64,000 nt of DNA from Patescibacteria group bacterium (GTDB lineage Bacteria > Patescibacteriota > Patescibacteriia > UBA1558 > GWA2-36-10), in assembly GCA_041665505.1 (NCBI GenBank), contig JBAYIR010000004.1:6797-70796 (forward strand), read 5' to 3'. Within the stretch, counting starts at the first letter, position 1. Each line of letters opens with the position of its first letter. A program made the position numbers and the translations under genes. Of this stretch, positions 40,081-51,706 are shown piece after piece. The notes under the pieces are model-generated. The model was not told where the DNA came from, did not search any database, and was given only the letters and a program-made list of their open reading frames with translations.

Positions 40081-43053
40081 ATGTATATGCCAATGGACTT
40101 AAATTACTTAAATAAAGCACAAAAACAAGCCGTTAGCCATGATCAGGGGCCGGCTATTTTAATAGCTGGGGCTGGTACTGGTAAAACTACAGTTATCACT
40201 TCTCGCATTGCTTATTTGATAGAGCAAAAAAAAGCTCAGCCAGATGAAATATTAGCTGTTACTTTTACTGAAAAAGCGGCTGGTGAGTTGGCGGAGCGAG
40301 TAGATAAGCTTTTGCCTTTGGGCTATAGTGATTTATGGATTCATACTTTTCATGGTTTTGCGGAAAAGGTTTTGAAAAACTATGCTTTGGAAATTGGTTT
40401 GTCCAATGATTTCAAATTATTAGATCAAACTGCCGCTTGGGTTTTGCTTAGAGAAAATTTGGACAAGTTTGATTTGGATTATTACGCCCCTTTGGGTAAT
40501 CCCACCAAATTTATTCACGCTTTGCTCAGTCATTTTTCTCGGCTGAAAGACGAAGTAGTTTATCCAGCAGAGTATCTCAAATATGCTCAAGATTTACATC
40601 TAGATACTGATCAAGCTGGTGATAGAGAGGAAAGAGCTATGGAAGTAGCTAGAGTGAGAGAAGTAGCCAATGCTTATCATGTTTACCAAGAGCTACTTTT
40701 GGAAAAGAATGCTTTGGATTTTGGTGATTTGATAAATTATACTTTGGAACTTTTCAAAAAGCGTCCGCAGATTTTGAAAAAATTTAGGCAGCAATTTAAA
40801 TATATTTTGGTGGATGAGTTTCAAGATACCAACTGGGCTCAGTATGAACTGATAAAGATTTTAGCTGCTCCAAAAAATAATGTCATGGTGGTTGGTGATG
40901 ATGATCAAGCTATTTATAAATTTCGGGGAGCAGCCATATCAAATATTTTAAATTTTAAAAAAGATTATAGTAGTCGGAAGTCCACCTCTGCTAAGGCTTC
41001 GGTAAAGACTCAACCGGCGCTTTGTGAGATTTTTTTAAATGACAATTATCGCAGTGGTCAGAAGATATTGGATACAGCTTATAATTTCATTCAGCAAAAT
41101 GATCCAGATAGATTGGAATATCAATATAAAAAGAAAAAAACTCCGCTCAATAAAAAACTTAAGAGTCATAGCACTAGTGATGGTTCAGTAGATGTTATTT
41201 CCTTTGTGGATAAAAACGCAGAAATAGATGGCATCTTGGCCAAGATAATAGATCTAAAACAAAAAGACAAAGAAGCTACTTGGTCTGATTTTGCTATACT
41301 AGTCAGAGCCAATGATCAAGCTCAAGGCTTTGTGTCTATGATGAGAAAAATAGGTATTCCTCATCAATTTATGGCTTCCCGTGGTCTTTATGCTCAGGAT
41401 ATTGTCCAAGATATTATGGCTTATTTGAAATTATTGGATAATTATCATGAGTCGTCCGCTTTTTTTAGAATATTATCTTTACCTATTACTGGTTTAAATA
41501 TTGAGACTATTATTAATCTCAATCACTTAGCTGGCAAAAAAGCTTGGAGTTTATATTATACGGCCAAAGTTTTTCGCCAACATATCAATTTGCCCTTGGC
41601 AGACCAAAAAATAATTGATAAAATAATTTTAGATATTGATAAGCACACCAAATTGTCCAAAGAGCAGCCCGTTTCCCAAGTAGTCTACAATTGGTTAGAG
41701 GATAGTGGTTATCTCAATATGTTGACTTTGGAGCAAAATCAATATAATAAAGACCAGTTGCATTTCCTCAATCAATTTTATAGAAAAATAAGAGCTTGGG
41801 AAGAAGAGTCTATTGAAGATACTTCTACTCATAATTTTTTGGAGACACTGGAGATGGAAATCCAATCAGGAGAAATGGGGGCAATGCAGTTTGATGCTGA
41901 AGCTGGGCCGGATGTAGTCAAAGTCATGACTGTCCACGGAGCCAAAGGCTTGGAATTTAAATATGTTTTTATTAGCAATTTAGTCCATTTGAGATTTCCT
42001 TCGACTGAGCGTCGTGATCCAATAGAGGTGCCTGATACTTTCATTAAAGAAGATTTACCATCAGGTGATGCTCATTTACAAGAAGAGCGTCGTTTGTTTT
42101 ATGTGGCTATGACTAGAGCCAAAGAAAAAGTCTATCTGACTTGGGCTAAAAATTATGGCGGAGCTACTAGTAAAAAACCATCTCGTTTTATAGATGAAAT
42201 TGCTATTTTGAGTCAAGAAATAAATACTCCTATTAAAGAACCAAGTAAGATTAATACCAAAAAAAGTAAAGCTAATTATCCTATCCCAAAAATATTTTCT
42301 TTTTCTCAGTTAAGGGCTTATGAAGCTTGTCCTTGGCAGTATTTTTATAATTTTATAGCCAAGATACCGACCAAAGGTAGTGCGCATTTTAGTTTTGGTA
42401 AGACTATGCACTCTACCTTACAGAAATTTTATCAATTAATCATCAATAATTCTGAACTAGGACAAGGCGACTTATTTTCTAAGGATAAAAAAATAGTCAT
42501 GCCGGGTGAAAAAGAGCTATTGGCTTTTTATGAAGAGTCTTGGATTGATGATTGGTATGAGAGCGACAGCCAAAAACAAAAATATTATCAAGATGGTATT
42601 CGTATTCTGAAGGATTATTATAAGCAGTATAAAGATAATTTTCCCATACCTTTGTTTTTGGAAAAAGGTTTTACTATCAAAATAAAAGATTATAGTCTGC
42701 GGGGTGTTTTTGATAGAGTAGATACTGACAAGACTGCTTGGAAAATAATTGATTACAAAACTGGTCAAGCTAAAGATAAACTGACTTTTGAAGATAAAAA
42801 ACAGCTGCTCATTTATCAGATTGCAGCTGAAGAAGTATTTAAACAGCCTGTCAAAGAACTTACTTTTTTTTATCTTAGCAACAACAGTGCAGTGTCATTT
42901 GTGGGTAGTGAAAAAGAAATAACTAAAGTCAAAGATTGGATAAAAACGACTATTGATAATATTAACAGTCATGATTTTACCGCTACACCAGGTCATGTCT
43001 GCGCCACTTGTGATTTTAGGTCAATTTGCCCTTATGCTAAATTGAATAAATAA
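40081..43053 (+). CDS. UvrD/PcrA-family SF1 helicase fused to a C-terminal Cas4/RecB-like PD-(D/E)xK nuclease domain with four conserved Cys (AdnB/AddB-like architecture)
   Basis: Walker A AGAGTGKTTVIT; motifs VDEFQDTN, VMTVHGAKGLEF; C-terminus CPWQYFYNFI...DYKTG...C..C..C (CATCDFRSICPY). Confidence 0.75.
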   Translation: MYMPMDLNYLNKAQKQAVSHDQGPAILIAGAGTGKTTVITSRIAYLIEQKKAQPDEILAVTFTEKAAGELAERVDKLLPLGYSDLWIHTFHGFAEKVLKNYALEIGLSNDFKLLDQTAAWVLLRENLDKFDLDYYAPLGNPTKFIHALLSHFSRLKDEVVYPAEYLKYAQDLHLDTDQAGDREERAMEVARVREVANAYHVYQELLLEKNALDFGDLINYTLELFKKRPQILKKFRQQFKYILVDEFQDTNWAQYELIKILAAPKNNVMVVGDDDQAIYKFRGAAISNILNFKKDYSSRKSTSAKASVKTQPALCEIFLNDNYRSGQKILDTAYNFIQQNDPDRLEYQYKKKKTPLNKKLKSHSTSDGSVDVISFVDKNAEIDGILAKIIDLKQKDKEATWSDFAILVRANDQAQGFVSMMRKIGIPHQFMASRGLYAQDIVQDIMAYLKLLDNYHESSAFFRILSLPITGLNIETIINLNHLAGKKAWSLYYTAKVFRQHINLPLADQKIIDKIILDIDKHTKLSKEQPVSQVVYNWLEDSGYLNMLTLEQNQYNKDQLHFLNQFYRKIRAWEEESIEDTSTHNFLETLEMEIQSGEMGAMQFDAEAGPDVVKVMTVHGAKGLEFKYVFISNLVHLRFPSTERRDPIEVPDTFIKEDLPSGDAHLQEERRLFYVAMTRAKEKVYLTWAKNYGGATSKKPSRFIDEIAILSQEINTPIKEPSKINTKKSKANYPIPKIFSFSQLRAYEACPWQYFYNFIAKIPTKGSAHFSFGKTMHSTLQKFYQLIINNSELGQGDLFSKDKKIVMPGEKELLAFYEESWIDDWYESDSQKQKYYQDGIRILKDYYKQYKDNFPIPLFLEKGFTIKIKDYSLRGVFDRVDTDKTAWKIIDYKTGQAKDKLTFEDKKQLLIYQIAAEEVFKQPVKELTFFYLSNNSAVSFVGSEKEITKVKDWIKTTIDNINSHDFTATPGHVCATCDFRSICPYAKLNK

Positions 43054-43054
43054 T

Positions 43055-43351
43055 ATGTCTTGGAATAGTTTTAAGGATTTAGCCAATCAGGTTGTTAGTA
43101 AAAAAGGGATTAGCCAACAAATTCAAGAGTCTTTGGTATTGGAATCAGCTAATAGATTATTAGTTGATTTTTTGTCTGATCAGTCTAAAGATAAAATGAG
43201 CGCTGTTTATTTTAAGGCGGGTGTTTTGACAATTGCCGCCTTAGATGATAATTTTTTAGAGAAATTGATAAATGATAAAGATTTATTTATAGCTAATTTA
43301 AATAGTAAATTGGGAGAGGAAATAGTAGTTAAGTTAAATTTTTTGAGCTAA
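43055..43351 (+). CDS. small DUF721/DciA-like protein
   Basis: 98-aa basic/acidic protein near gyrB; weak recollection of the DUF721 family pattern. Confidence 0.3.
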   Translation: MSWNSFKDLANQVVSKKGISQQIQESLVLESANRLLVDFLSDQSKDKMSAVYFKAGVLTIAALDDNFLEKLINDKDLFIANLNSKLGEEIVVKLNFLS

Positions 43352-43419
43352 GTTCATTTGAAATAAAATATTTTTAGAAGGAATTGTCCGTCACTGTTCA
43401 CTCGCACAGGGAGGTAGTC

Positions 43420-43707
43420 ATGTCTGAAGCCGTCGCTTACATCAAAATCATTGATACTCCTTCGGGAGAGGAAAACCTGCTCGCGCGTCATGAGTTTCAA
43501 GACTTGGTCTTACCGACCATCACCCCCAACGGTCAGCAAGTTGGCTACTACGTCGTCTATCTTTTGGATGCTCTGCCCATCATCAACGCGGAGCGCCCAC
43601 TCTTGGCCGAATGGCTCAAAGAGAAGTATCCAGAAGAGCAAGATCGCTCTAGTATCCGTCTCATTTTTGAGGCAACAGTCTGCCAAGAGACGATGGCCTT
43701 GGTATAG
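43420..43707 (+). CDS. hypothetical protein encoded in GC-rich island C (AGGGAGG SD 6 nt upstream)
   Basis: 95-aa ORF MSEAVAYIKIIDTPSGEENLL...; GC content far above the backbone; no family recognised. Confidence 0.4.
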   Translation: MSEAVAYIKIIDTPSGEENLLARHEFQDLVLPTITPNGQQVGYYVVYLLDALPIINAERPLLAEWLKEKYPEEQDRSSIRLIFEATVCQETMALV

Positions 43708-43735
43708 CAGATAGCAACGCTCGGCTGATGACAGT

Positions 43736-43766
43736 GGCGAAGCTGGGTTCAAACCCCAGCTTCGCC
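43736..43766 (+). terminator. 12-bp perfect hairpin (ggcgaagctggg ttcaaac cccagcttcgcc) after the island C gene
   Basis: Perfect inverted repeat; loop resembles a tRNA T-loop; weak downstream U-tract. Confidence 0.45.
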
Positions 43767-43815
43767 TCCTACTAAAAGTATTTTATTTGGAGCTTAATTT
43801 ACTTACTTACGAGGA

Positions 43816-44313
43816 GTGGGATTGATTTTTCAGGCTTTTTTTAGTATTATTCATATCAATGGATATCATAAAAGACTATCTGGCAGTAAAATAAATATTA
43901 ATTTTTTAAAGAGGGTGAATATCAGATCTTACAATATTATAATGTTACTAGCCACTGTTTTAGCGTGGCTGGGATTTTTTATAATTATCAACAGTTTTGA
44001 TCCTACCGAAGGCTCTTGGTTGGTTTATGCAATGTTTTATAGTATTTTATTTTTGAGCATTTTGGGTACGCTGTCTTTGATTGGTTTTTTGTCTCGTAGT
44101 ATTTTTAATCACAAAAAATCTAGGCCTAGACTTTTGGCTATTGAGTCTTTCCGTCAAGCCATTATATTTTCCGCTGTTTTAATCTTAGCTTTGATGCTTC
44201 AAGCCGGACGCATCTTGACTTGGTGGAATATGACTCTACTGATTGTCTTAGCCACGGTATTAGAATTTGTGATATTAGTTTTTCGTCAAAATGAAGAAGA
44301 TATAAAAAAGTAA
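43816..44313 (+). CDS. hypothetical membrane protein (4 TM)
   Basis: ORF with hydrophobic helices; no family recognised. Confidence 0.3.
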   Translation: MGLIFQAFFSIIHINGYHKRLSGSKININFLKRVNIRSYNIIMLLATVLAWLGFFIIINSFDPTEGSWLVYAMFYSILFLSILGTLSLIGFLSRSIFNHKKSRPRLLAIESFRQAIIFSAVLILALMLQAGRILTWWNMTLLIVLATVLEFVILVFRQNEEDIKK

Positions 44314-44366
44314 TTAGCTATTTAGTACTAGAGATATAAAAGTTTAATAAAATAATTTCTAATAGG

Positions 44367-45374
44367 ATGGAAAAGAAATTAAGTGAGCTCAAGAAAAAGT
44401 TTTTGCAAGAAATAGACGGAGTCAAAGATAGTAATCTTTTGGCAGATTTGAAGACCAAATATTTGGGACGCAAAGGTGAGCTGACTAATGTGCTTAAAGA
44501 AGTAAAAGACTTAGCGGCTGCTGAAAAACCAAAGATTGGTAAATTAGCTAATGAAGTTAAAACAGAATTGGCAGATTTTTTTATTAAAGCCGAGAAGTTA
44601 CTAAAAAATGCCCAAAGTGATGAGATAGATTTTGATCCATCTATGCCTGGTATTAGAGAAGAAGTCGGACATTTACATCCATCTACTATAGTGCAATATG
44701 AAATAGAAGATATTTTTGCTCAAATGGGCTTTGGAGTGTATGATGGACCGCAAGTAGAATCAGAATATTATAATTTTACCGCTCTAAATACTCCAGCTGA
44801 TCATCCAGCTAGAGATAGCCAAGATACTTTTTGGTTAGAGCAGGGTCTGCTTTTAAGGAGCCAAACTTCAAATTTGCAAGTGCGGATGTTAGAAAAATAC
44901 GGTTCACCTTTTCGAGGTATTTTCCCAGGTCGGGTTTTTAGAAATGAGGCCACTGATGCTAGTCATGATCATACTTTTTATCAATTAGAAGGTTTAATGG
45001 TAGACAAGGACATTAATATCGGCAATTTGATTGCGGTCATGAAATCATTTTTGTCTACATTTTTTAATACAGAGGTGGATGTCAGGCTCAGACCAGGATT
45101 TTTTCCATTTGTTGAGCCTGGTTTTGAGCTAGATATAAAATGCTTGATTTGTGATGGACATGGCTGTAGTGTCTGTAAGCAATCTGGTTGGGTAGAACTT
45201 ATGCCTTGCGGTTTGGTGCATCCAGAAGTGATTAGAGCTGGTGGACTTGATCCCAAACAGTATTCTGGTTTTGCTTTTGGTTTGGGCTTTACTCGGCTAG
45301 TGATGATGAGATATAAAATTGATGATATCAGGCTTCTTCAGTCGGGCGATTTAAGATTTTTAAAACAATTTTAA
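44367..45374 (+). CDS. pheS: phenylalanyl-tRNA synthetase alpha subunit
   Basis: Class II motifs FRNEATDASHDHTFYQLEGL and GFAFGLGFTRLVMMRY. Confidence 0.85.
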   Translation: MEKKLSELKKKFLQEIDGVKDSNLLADLKTKYLGRKGELTNVLKEVKDLAAAEKPKIGKLANEVKTELADFFIKAEKLLKNAQSDEIDFDPSMPGIREEVGHLHPSTIVQYEIEDIFAQMGFGVYDGPQVESEYYNFTALNTPADHPARDSQDTFWLEQGLLLRSQTSNLQVRMLEKYGSPFRGIFPGRVFRNEATDASHDHTFYQLEGLMVDKDINIGNLIAVMKSFLSTFFNTEVDVRLRPGFFPFVEPGFELDIKCLICDGHGCSVCKQSGWVELMPCGLVHPEVIRAGGLDPKQYSGFAFGLGFTRLVMMRYKIDDIRLLQSGDLRFLKQF

Positions 45375-45375
45375 T

Positions 45376-47805
45376 ATGTATTTATCACTGGATTGGGTCA
45401 AAGATTGGATAAAATTACCAAAAGATTTAGCTAGTAAACAGCTAGCCTTGGATTTTACTATGGCTATAGTAGAAGTGGAAGAAGTAATTGAGAGAGGAGA
45501 GGCACTGACAGGAATAGTAGTTGGTAAGATCAATGAAATCACCAAACATCCAGATGCTGACAAATTACAAGTTTGCCAAGTTGACACTGGAGAAAAAGTA
45601 GAACAAATTATTTGTGGCGGCACAAATTTAAATAAAGGCATGCTAGTAGCAGTAGCCAAAGTAGGTTCGCGTGTCAAATGGCACGGGCAGGGTGATTTGG
45701 TGACTATAGCCAAGACCAAAATTCGTGGTTTAGAGTCTAGTGGTATGATAGCGGCTGCTGAAGAGATTGGTTTGGAAAAGCTCTTTCCTCAAAAGTCAGA
45801 TAGAGAAATTCTTGATTTTTCAGCTCTAAAATTAAAAGTTGGTCAGCCTTTGGCTGAAGCTTTAGAATTAAATGATACTATTATTGATATTGATAATAAA
45901 TCAATTAATCATCGTCCTGACCTCTGGGGTCAATATGGTCTGGCTCGTGAACTAGCAGCTATTTATAAACTCAAGTTGAGAGAGTATACAGATTTTGAAC
46001 TCAAAGCCAAAAATGAAGTCAAACTCAAAGTAACAGTAGAAGATAAAAGCAATTGTTTTCGTTATTTGGGGATGGTCATAAAAAATATTAAAGTCAATGA
46101 TTCTCCTTGGTGGTTGAAAAAAAGACTAGAAGCAGTTGGTATTAGGCCGATAAATAATATCGTGGATGTGACCAATTATGTCATGTATGAGTTGGGACAG
46201 CCAATGCACGCTTTTGATGCCAAACATATTGAAGGTCATCATATTCAGGTCAAACAAGCTAGAAAAGGCGAAAAATTTGTGACTTTAGATGGAGTTAACA
46301 GAAAATTATCAGAAGGCTCTTTGATGATTGCTGACGCTAAAAAATATGTAGCTTTAGCCGGAATCATGGGCGGTCAAAATAGTGAAATTAGTAGCGATAC
46401 CAGCGAAGTCATACTGGAGTCAGCTAATTTTAGAGCTGCTAACATCAGACGCACTTCTACAAGTATTGGCTTGCGTTCAGAGAGTTCAGCTCGTTTTGAA
46501 AAGTCACTGGATCCAGTTTTAGCTGGTCTAGCTATTAGGCGAGCAGCAGAGTTAATATTAAAATTATGCCCAGAGGCTTATATTGCTAGTAATTTAGTGG
46601 ATATCGACAACAATCCATTTAAAACAATTAGTTTAGAAGTACCAGAAGATTTAATCAACAATCGTTTTGGGCTAGCTATTCCAACAGCTGAGATAAAAGA
46701 TATTTTGAAAAGATTACAGTTTGATTTAAAGTATAAAGCTAAAACATTTTTTATTACTGTGCCAAGTTTTAGAGCGACCAAAGATATTTCTATTCCCGAA
46801 GATATTGTGGAAGAGGTGGCTAGGATTTATGGTTATGACAATATAAAATTTGAATTGCCATTTGTAAATATTAAGAGCCCAGATATCAATTTAAGCCACG
46901 CAGCTGCCAAAGATATCAGGCGATGGCTCAGTTTCACTCAAAAATATTATGAGCTTTACAACTATTCTTTTACTAATCAAGTTTGGGCCAAAAAACTTGG
47001 TTTAGAATTAAACAATCACCTTAAAGTAAAAAATGTTTTTAGTCCCGAACAAGCCTATTTAAATATTTCACTTTTGCCAAATCTATTGGCCAGAGCAGAG
47101 GAGAATCTGCGCTGGTTTGATGAATTTAAGATTTATGAATTGGAGAGGGTCTTTGATAAAACTAGTAAAAGTATTTATCACACTGATAATACCAAAAAGA
47201 AATTTTTACCAAAGCAAGATAAATATTTAGCTGGCGTGGAGGTCAGTAAAAAGACTAAGGCTGATTTGTTTTTATCAGTTAAAGGAATGTTTGAAGCTTT
47301 GATGGATTATCTAAATATTAAGATAGATTTTGAAGACCTAGAGATTGTTTATGCTTCCACAGCTTATAATGTAAAATATAAAGACATTAGTCTTGGTCAG
47401 TTCGGATTATTAAAGTCAGAATTATTTGATAATAGCGATGTCAAAGTCAATGTGGCTTTTTGGCAGTTAAATTTTAGTTTACTGATTAAATATATTAATA
47501 AGGTCAAAAAATATAGTCCTCTAGCTAAATTTCCAGCAGTTTATAGAGATATGGCGGTAGTAGTGGATAAAAGTTTAAAATGGGCTGATTTAGAGGCTGA
47601 GATAGCTAAGATTTCGTCGCTTATTCGTCACTTAGAACCATTTGATGTTTTTTCTGGTCAGGGTATTTTAGAAAATAAAAAATCAGTGGCTTTTCATTTG
47701 GAATTTAGAAGTAATGATCGGACTTTATTGACTGAAGAGGTAGATAAATTAATGGAAGATATTTTGGCAATTTTAAATAAAAAATTTGCGGCAATTTTGC
47801 GCTAA
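45376..47805 (+). CDS. pheT: phenylalanyl-tRNA synthetase beta subunit
   Basis: 809 aa; tRNA-binding N-domain, B3/B4 and B5 regions; operon partner of pheS. Confidence 0.85.
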   Translation: MYLSLDWVKDWIKLPKDLASKQLALDFTMAIVEVEEVIERGEALTGIVVGKINEITKHPDADKLQVCQVDTGEKVEQIICGGTNLNKGMLVAVAKVGSRVKWHGQGDLVTIAKTKIRGLESSGMIAAAEEIGLEKLFPQKSDREILDFSALKLKVGQPLAEALELNDTIIDIDNKSINHRPDLWGQYGLARELAAIYKLKLREYTDFELKAKNEVKLKVTVEDKSNCFRYLGMVIKNIKVNDSPWWLKKRLEAVGIRPINNIVDVTNYVMYELGQPMHAFDAKHIEGHHIQVKQARKGEKFVTLDGVNRKLSEGSLMIADAKKYVALAGIMGGQNSEISSDTSEVILESANFRAANIRRTSTSIGLRSESSARFEKSLDPVLAGLAIRRAAELILKLCPEAYIASNLVDIDNNPFKTISLEVPEDLINNRFGLAIPTAEIKDILKRLQFDLKYKAKTFFITVPSFRATKDISIPEDIVEEVARIYGYDNIKFELPFVNIKSPDINLSHAAAKDIRRWLSFTQKYYELYNYSFTNQVWAKKLGLELNNHLKVKNVFSPEQAYLNISLLPNLLARAEENLRWFDEFKIYELERVFDKTSKSIYHTDNTKKKFLPKQDKYLAGVEVSKKTKADLFLSVKGMFEALMDYLNIKIDFEDLEIVYASTAYNVKYKDISLGQFGLLKSELFDNSDVKVNVAFWQLNFSLLIKYINKVKKYSPLAKFPAVYRDMAVVVDKSLKWADLEAEIAKISSLIRHLEPFDVFSGQGILENKKSVAFHLEFRSNDRTLLTEEVDKLMEDILAILNKKFAAILR

Positions 47806-47886
47806 TATTAGTTAAGAAATATCTATAAAAACAATCTAGGTTCTAGGTTGTTTTTTAAGTGATTTTATGCTAAAATAAAGACATAA

Positions 47887-49962
<2,076 letters not shown>

Positions 49963-49971
49963 ATTATAGCT

Positions 49972-51696
49972 ATGGAACTTAGCTATACAACTCTAAATAT
50001 TTTAGCATTATCTAAGGTGATTTTATTTTTCTATGGAGCTTTAATGCTCCTTTTTGTTTATAAAAATAAAAAACCGATTTGGTATTTATCTTTGACGGGA
50101 TTAAGTATTACGCTTTTTTATATATTTTTATCTTGGCCCCTCCAGCGAATGTGGGGTGGTAATATAGGGGATGAACTTTTTATTTCCGCATTTTTGGGCA
50201 AGGTTTTGTTTGATGGGCCAGCTCACGATTTTTATTATGGTTGGCTGCCAAATTTTTATCCGCCTTTATATTTTTGGGTGACTGGACTACTGTCTAGACC
50301 TTTGGCCAACAATGCTATAGTAGCAGCTAAAATAGGTCTGGCTGGTACTTTGCTTTTGTGGTTTTTTGGCACTTACTATTGGCAAAAATTATTTTGGCAT
50401 AAAATATCAAGTAGTAAAAAGAATCAAAATAATATAGTAGAATCAAATTGGTTTTGGTTTTTATTTCCAGTTGTTTATTTAGCGGCTTTGGATTTTGATA
50501 GCATAATTTTTAAGCCTTATGAAGCTATTTCAGCTTTATTTGGTGTTTTACTAATGGCTATAGTAGCTAGAGCCTCTTATGAAAAAAAATGGACCAAATA
50601 TCATTATCTGTTTATTGGTCTTAGTGGGGGCTTACTTTTCTTAGTTTATTATTTTTGGTGGGTGATATTTATTCCGACGCTGCTAGCTTTAATTTTTTTA
50701 AACAAAACACAGAAGTTTTTAAATTTTAAAAGATTTATATATAGTGGGCTAATTATTTTGGCTATCAGCTCAGTTTTTATAGGGCCACTAATTTATTCTT
50801 ATATAAAATATGGTATAGAAAATGCGCAGGCCATACATTTTGTCTATGGAGACTTTTTTTCTTTCATGCCTTGGCAAGAGATATCTATCAGATCACTGAT
50901 ATACATTTTTGGTCTTTTGTCCTTATTTATATTTAGCAGAAAAAGTTTTATCAAATCATCTCTGTTGATCTTGGTCTTTTCCTATCTTTATCAATTTATA
51001 AATATTTTGGCTTTTTTATTTGGTGCTAAGCCAATGCAAGCTTCCAAGCATCTTTATTTTTTAGCTACAGCAGCTATAGCCTTGGCTTTTAGTTATTTGG
51101 CTATTTATGTTTACAAAAAATATATTCAAAATTTAAAAATAGAGTATCGTCGGGGGATTTTGTTTTTGCTAGTATTACTACTTTTAACTAGATTACCCTT
51201 TGTCAATTTTATAGATAACCAGGACAGACTTTATCAAATAGAAAAAGATTTACAAAAGCCTCAATCAGTAGTTCAATTAGCCCAAGCTATAAAAACGCAA
51301 ATTCCTGATTATAAACAGCGTTTGTGGTTGTCCACTGGCTCTATGGATTTGCCTGCTTATTTGCCGCTATCATATTATATAGCCAATAGCATACATTTTT
51401 CTCATCATGCTTCTCTTTATTCACAGAGAATAGCTGAAGTAAAAGCCATGGCGCAAGCTAAAAATCCAGAAGAATTTTTAAGCATTATAGATAAAGGGCA
51501 GCCTTGGCCAATAGATAGTCTGTTACTTGGCGATGATAATCAAAATGATTATTATACTTTCTATTTTTGGAATGACAATTTTCCCAATGGTGGTAAAGAA
51601 GCTCAAATACATCTGCCAAAAAATTTAATTGTTGATAAATATTGGGACAAAGTATATAATGCAGATAATTGGTTAATATTTTTAAGAAAAAAATAA
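49972..51696 (+). CDS. large polytopic membrane protein, possibly a GT-C-type glycosyltransferase
   Basis: More than 12 TM helices, aromatic-rich loops; family assignment is a guess. Confidence 0.3.
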   Translation: MELSYTTLNILALSKVILFFYGALMLLFVYKNKKPIWYLSLTGLSITLFYIFLSWPLQRMWGGNIGDELFISAFLGKVLFDGPAHDFYYGWLPNFYPPLYFWVTGLLSRPLANNAIVAAKIGLAGTLLLWFFGTYYWQKLFWHKISSSKKNQNNIVESNWFWFLFPVVYLAALDFDSIIFKPYEAISALFGVLLMAIVARASYEKKWTKYHYLFIGLSGGLLFLVYYFWWVIFIPTLLALIFLNKTQKFLNFKRFIYSGLIILAISSVFIGPLIYSYIKYGIENAQAIHFVYGDFFSFMPWQEISIRSLIYIFGLLSLFIFSRKSFIKSSLLILVFSYLYQFINILAFLFGAKPMQASKHLYFLATAAIALAFSYLAIYVYKKYIQNLKIEYRRGILFLLVLLLLTRLPFVNFIDNQDRLYQIEKDLQKPQSVVQLAQAIKTQIPDYKQRLWLSTGSMDLPAYLPLSYYIANSIHFSHHASLYSQRIAEVKAMAQAKNPEEFLSIIDKGQPWPIDSLLLGDDNQNDYYTFYFWNDNFPNGGKEAQIHLPKNLIVDKYWDKVYNADNWLIFLRKK

Positions 51697-51706
51697 AATA
51701 AAAATT

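Noticed and set aside
43736-43766. Possible tRNA or tRNA-like gene (GGCGAAG-CTGGG-TTCAAAC-CCCAG-CTTCGCC resembles acceptor stem + T-arm)
   Set aside because: There are no D-arm or anticodon arm. It is a coaxial minihelix only, placed exactly where a terminator for the upstream ORF is expected. I kept it only as a note.
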